A stretch of 64,000 nucleotides of DNA from Vitrella brassicaformis CCMP3155 (lineage: Eukaryota; Protista; Chromerida), in assembly GCA_001179505.1 (NCBI GenBank), contig CDMY01000718.1, forward strand, positions 62,001-126,000. Reading direction: 5' to 3'. The notes under the pieces are model-generated. The model was not told the DNA's origin and made no database searches. It saw nothing but the letters and a program-made list of their open reading frames with translations. This document shows positions 60,431-64,000 of this stretch, in pieces. The position numbers and the translations under genes were made by a program. Position 1 is the first letter of the stretch. The number at the start of each line of letters is the position of its first letter.

Positions 60431-61112
60431 ATGAAGATCTCTGCCATTCTGTTGGTCCTTGGCTTGTCGGGGCTGTGCAGCAGCTGCGTGGGACATCAAG
60501 TGAGCCGCGGGGCCGTCGCTGAGCCTCCGAACAAGGATACATTCGATTACGTGAGAGGTCAGCACACGACAAGGGCGAGAGCACCAGTGATGGTCCTGAG
60601 AGTTTCTGTCCTCTGCCGCCTCAGATCTGATCACCAAGCTGATCGATAAGCTGCAGTCTGCACAGGTGAGATGGCCCGACGCCTCACATTCACTGCAGCA
60701 GTCAATTGGATGGTGTGGTTTGCAGGCTGAGGACCAGACGAAGGGCCAGTTTTGCGCGACGGAGCGTCAGCAGCTCGCCGTACAACTTCAGGAGGCCCAA
60801 GCTGCGCTGGACAGCAAGGAGAAGGAGATCGAGGCAATGGGCGATGGAGAAGGCAAGGAAGAAGCCGTCGTCGAATACGACCAACTCAGCAAGGAACTCG
60901 AGCAACGTAAGGCACTAGGCCGCATGACCATGCTGGCATTTGTGGGTGGTCTGTGTTCTCTCCTTCCTAATGCAGTGCGGAAGCAAGACAATGCGTTGGC
61001 GGCCCAGTGCATCACGGACTCGTACGAAGAGAAGAAAAGGCGCCGGGAGCAGACCATTGCCGGCCTCAAGGATGCCTACGACATCCTCGATAGCTTCCCC
61101 AAACAGAACTAG
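60431..61112 (+). CDS. Small secreted coiled-coil protein resembling the myzozoan/dinoflagellate family ending C....SYEERxxRRExEIxGLKxA..IL
   Basis: Signal peptide MKISAILLVLGLSGLCSSCVG; LITKLIDKLQ..Q|AEDQTKGQFCATE; C-terminal QCITDSYEEKKRRREQTIAGLKDAYDIL. The family resemblance is from memory. Confidence 0.65.
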
Positions 61113-61261
61113 TGCCTTGTTCATGTAGCATAGACCATTGACCATTGACCATCGACCGAACGGTTTGCGTGACTGGCTGGTCATGTCAATCGCATGACGA
61201 CACAGACGATAAAGGTCCCGCCGGCGCATAAAGACACAAAGCGGAACAAACCATCGGACGA

Positions 61262-63123
61262 CTAATCCATGCCTCTACTCTTTCGCCCCATCTCTAATTT
61301 CCTTGAGTGCCTTGTCGGCCGCTTCGATGCGGTGTGCCTTGGCATTGCCCGCCCGCCGCTTCACCTTGAGCTGCCGGCGATCCAAATGCCGTTCCACATC
61401 ATGGACAGTGGCACCCGCTGCCACACACCTGCGGAACCACACAGGAGTTGAAAAACAAATGCCCAGATGTCGCCGTTACGTTCGTCTGTGTGTGTGTGTG
61501 TGTCTTGCCGTGTGAGTGCGAAGTAGATCAGGTCTGCCGCCTCGGCTGCCACGTGGTCGGGCTCTGTCGCCTCAGCCAGCTCCTGGGCCTCCTCCAACAG
61601 CTTGTTCCTGATGATAAACAGAAGCGCACGCGACCATTCTCTCCCTCCCTCCCTCCGTCCCTCCCATGCTTGTGTGCCCACCTGAGGAGGTTGGGATCGT
61701 TGAAGAGTTTTTGCGTGTATGAGCCTGGCGCGGCGCTATGGTATCGCCGCTGCAGCACCTCCTCCAGTGCGGTGATGCCCGTGGGCGGGCCCCAGCAGGT
61801 GAGTGTGTTGCGGTGGCAGAAGGCCTTCGGGTCACCCTGCTGCACCACTGTGAACCTGACACACACAGGGAAGGGAAGGGGAGTGGAAAGCAGCCGATGG
61901 ATGGATGTCGATATACTGACCTGACTGCGTCCCGATCACAGTCCGGCTCGATGCGGAGCAGTCGCTGTGTCGCACCTGTCGTGTCACCCTGACAACCAGC
62001 CAGCCACACACACAGACACACTAAGCCCTTCCAGCTCTCTCTCTTTCTCTCTCTCTCTCTGTGTGTCTGTACTCGTCTCTCGCTCCTGCATCGCACCTTT
62101 CGCCACAGTCCCTTCCTGCTTCTGGACCAGTAGACGCCCCTCTGCAGCGCTATCGCCACACGAATGGACTCGACGCTCGAGTACACAAGGCCCAGGGCAA
62201 TGCCGCCGGGGTCGCTCACTACAGTGGTGAAGAGGCCGTCAGGACGGTCGGTGCTGCAATGGGAAAGAGAAGGAAGGAGTGCCTCCGTCCTGTCATGTGT
62301 TTCATGTCGGCTCACGTCAGACAGCTGGTGAAGCATTCAACGGCATCCAAGGGCGGGGATGGCGAGGGGGATGAGCCACCCGATGCTGGCGCACTGCCGC
62401 CGTTGGCTGTCGGCAGCAGTGACGAGAAACAGACAGAAGGCTGGCCCTCTGCACCCCACAACAGAGAAAACAGAGGTGTGAGAGGAGACCATATTCCATC
62501 GGCTCATCCTCCTCACCTTCCATGGGCACGGCCGCCCCAGCCATGACGTGGACGTCCTTCCCCTGCAGTGTCGCCACCAAATCACCATCCACACCCGCCC
62601 CTTCAACCACCAGCTGCATGTAATCCTCCTGCACGTCCTTGCCTCGCGCGGTCTTCAGTGAGGCCACCAGCGCCATCCAGTCGATGCCTTCCCGCCGACT
62701 CGTCAGCTTGACCCAGCCCACTTTGCCCCGCAGCGCACCGACCAGACCAGGCAGGTGGTCACTCTCCCCAGGTGACACCTCCACAGCCAACGCGATTCGC
62801 TTCACTGCCTCTGGCGGCACGCCGTCCATAAGCCGCTCCAGCACGCCGACCCACTCGCCCCTCTGCGCCTCATCTGCCGTCATCTCCACCATGGCTGCCC
62901 CGCCATCCAGGCACTTGATGGCGCTGTCCATGCCTTCGTCAGTCATGCTGAAGGGACCCACCCAGCAGCGGAGAGGACGGCAAAGGGCGAGGATGACGTC
63001 CTGCGCGGCGTTGCGGATGGCCACTTGGCATAAGGCGAACGAGGATGCGCGTGTGAGCCATTCAGTGAGTCGCTGCGGAAGAGGGAGAGCAAGGGATGAA
63101 AGATCCACGACGGGAATCAACAT
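61262..63123 (-). CDS. hisIE: Histidine biosynthesis bifunctional phosphoribosyl-AMP cyclohydrolase / phosphoribosyl-ATP pyrophosphatase (fungal HIS4-like N-terminal part, no histidinol dehydrogenase)
   Basis: SDRPDGLFTTVV, LGLVYSS.ES, GVYWSRSRKGLWRK|GDTTGATQ, DCDRDA, FCH...TCW, GSYTQKLF, KLLEEAQEL, EAADLIYFA, LKVKRRAGNAK, then a stop at 61262. Confidence 0.92.
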
Positions 63124-63399
63124 AATCAGACGAAAAGAGGGGTGGGCACGCAAGCAGACGGACACGACTGGTGTTTGCTTTCTCCAAGGCAGCGGTTTCA
63201 GGGAGCACCCTAGGCGCCGAAGTGACACATTCTAGAATTATATGGGAACAGGATAGAAGTGAAAATGAATGTGTCACTTCGCACACTAGGTGAGTTCGAT
63301 CCCGGGATGGTGACAGAAAACGGGTCTCTTTCTGTCTGTTCTGTCTGGGCCTTTCTGAACCGCTGCGCATTCATGTGTTTGAAAAAACTGCAGAAGAGA

Positions 63400-64000
63400 A
63401 CGGAAGCGGCCAGCACTGCATGTCATTTCCCGTCAGTCCAGAGGGGCAAACGCTGGATGTACAGCGCCGAGCGATTGAGATCCGTCGGCTCCAGGACCAT
63501 CTCGCGACTGCATGCCGACACACAGACACCCACAGATGCAGACGAAGGACAGGACTTTTTTCACACCATCCTCCCATTCCACACGTACCCCTTGCAGTCG
63601 TCGTATTGCTTCTTGGAGGGCATCTTGGCCTTCATGTAGGTCAGCTTGAACGCACACTCACGGGCCCTCACTCCCTCGTGGCACAGCTGCCGCTGACTCC
63701 TGAAGGCGCGCACTTTCCCCGTGTCGACATTGATAACGGCAGCAAACACATTCACTGACACGTGGCGCACAGCCGGCGGGCGCTTGTTCGGCTGCTTGTC
63801 GCCCCCATAGGAGCAGCCGTCGAGCAGCCTGGGGAAGATGGCCAGTCGAGGGGCGTGGGATGGGTCTCCGTCACAAGCCACATTGGCCATCATCAGGTCC
63901 GCTTTGTCCTCATAGATCATCAATGGCCTTGCCGATCTGTCGTCGAGATTCAGGAAGTCCATGCGGGCGGCGTCTCGCTTGTGCCGGTGGTCGTTTCCTT
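63400..64000 (-). CDS. 3' part of a hypothetical gene continuing beyond the window
   Basis: ORF 63561-63962 is open towards the window edge, followed by a GT-AG intron and a short terminal exon. No domain recognised. Confidence 0.4.

Noticed and set aside
1-64000. rRNA, tRNA, snRNA or spliced-leader genes
   Set aside because: No cloverleaf or conserved rRNA/snRNA motifs were recognised by eye. A tRNAscan-SE or Infernal run would be needed to exclude small or divergent RNAs.

Overview
Intron-rich eukaryotic nuclear DNA, GC-rich, with short GT-AG introns full of (GT)n/(CTGT)n microsatellites. Intron style and gene families suggest a chromerid/myzozoan alveolate such as Vitrella (inference, not verified). 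By hand-splicing the six-frame ORFs I find about 21 protein-coding genes, one PARG pseudo-fragment, and no rRNA, tRNA, CRISPR array or transposase. Gene spans are first-to-last exon estimates. The most striking observations are these. (1) A plant/fungal-type CCA nucleotidyltransferase has altered nucleotide-templating motifs and is fused in the same exon to a T4 Pnkp-like HAD 3'-phosphatase, a candidate one-polypeptide RNA 3'-end heal-and-rebuild enzyme. (2) A PARG is spliced in phase to one or two CBM48 glycogen/starch-binding domains. (3) A small H-Y-I ADP-ribosyltransferase lies between that PARG and a decayed PARG copy. (4) An ETF-alpha homolog keeps only domain I and replaces the FAD-binding domain with a short aromatic/hydrophobic tail. 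Two paralogs of a lineage-expanded F-box-like family bracket the CCA-HAD/DRE-TIM/PARG block. All homology calls come from motif recognition by eye and need HMM and RNA-seq confirmation.
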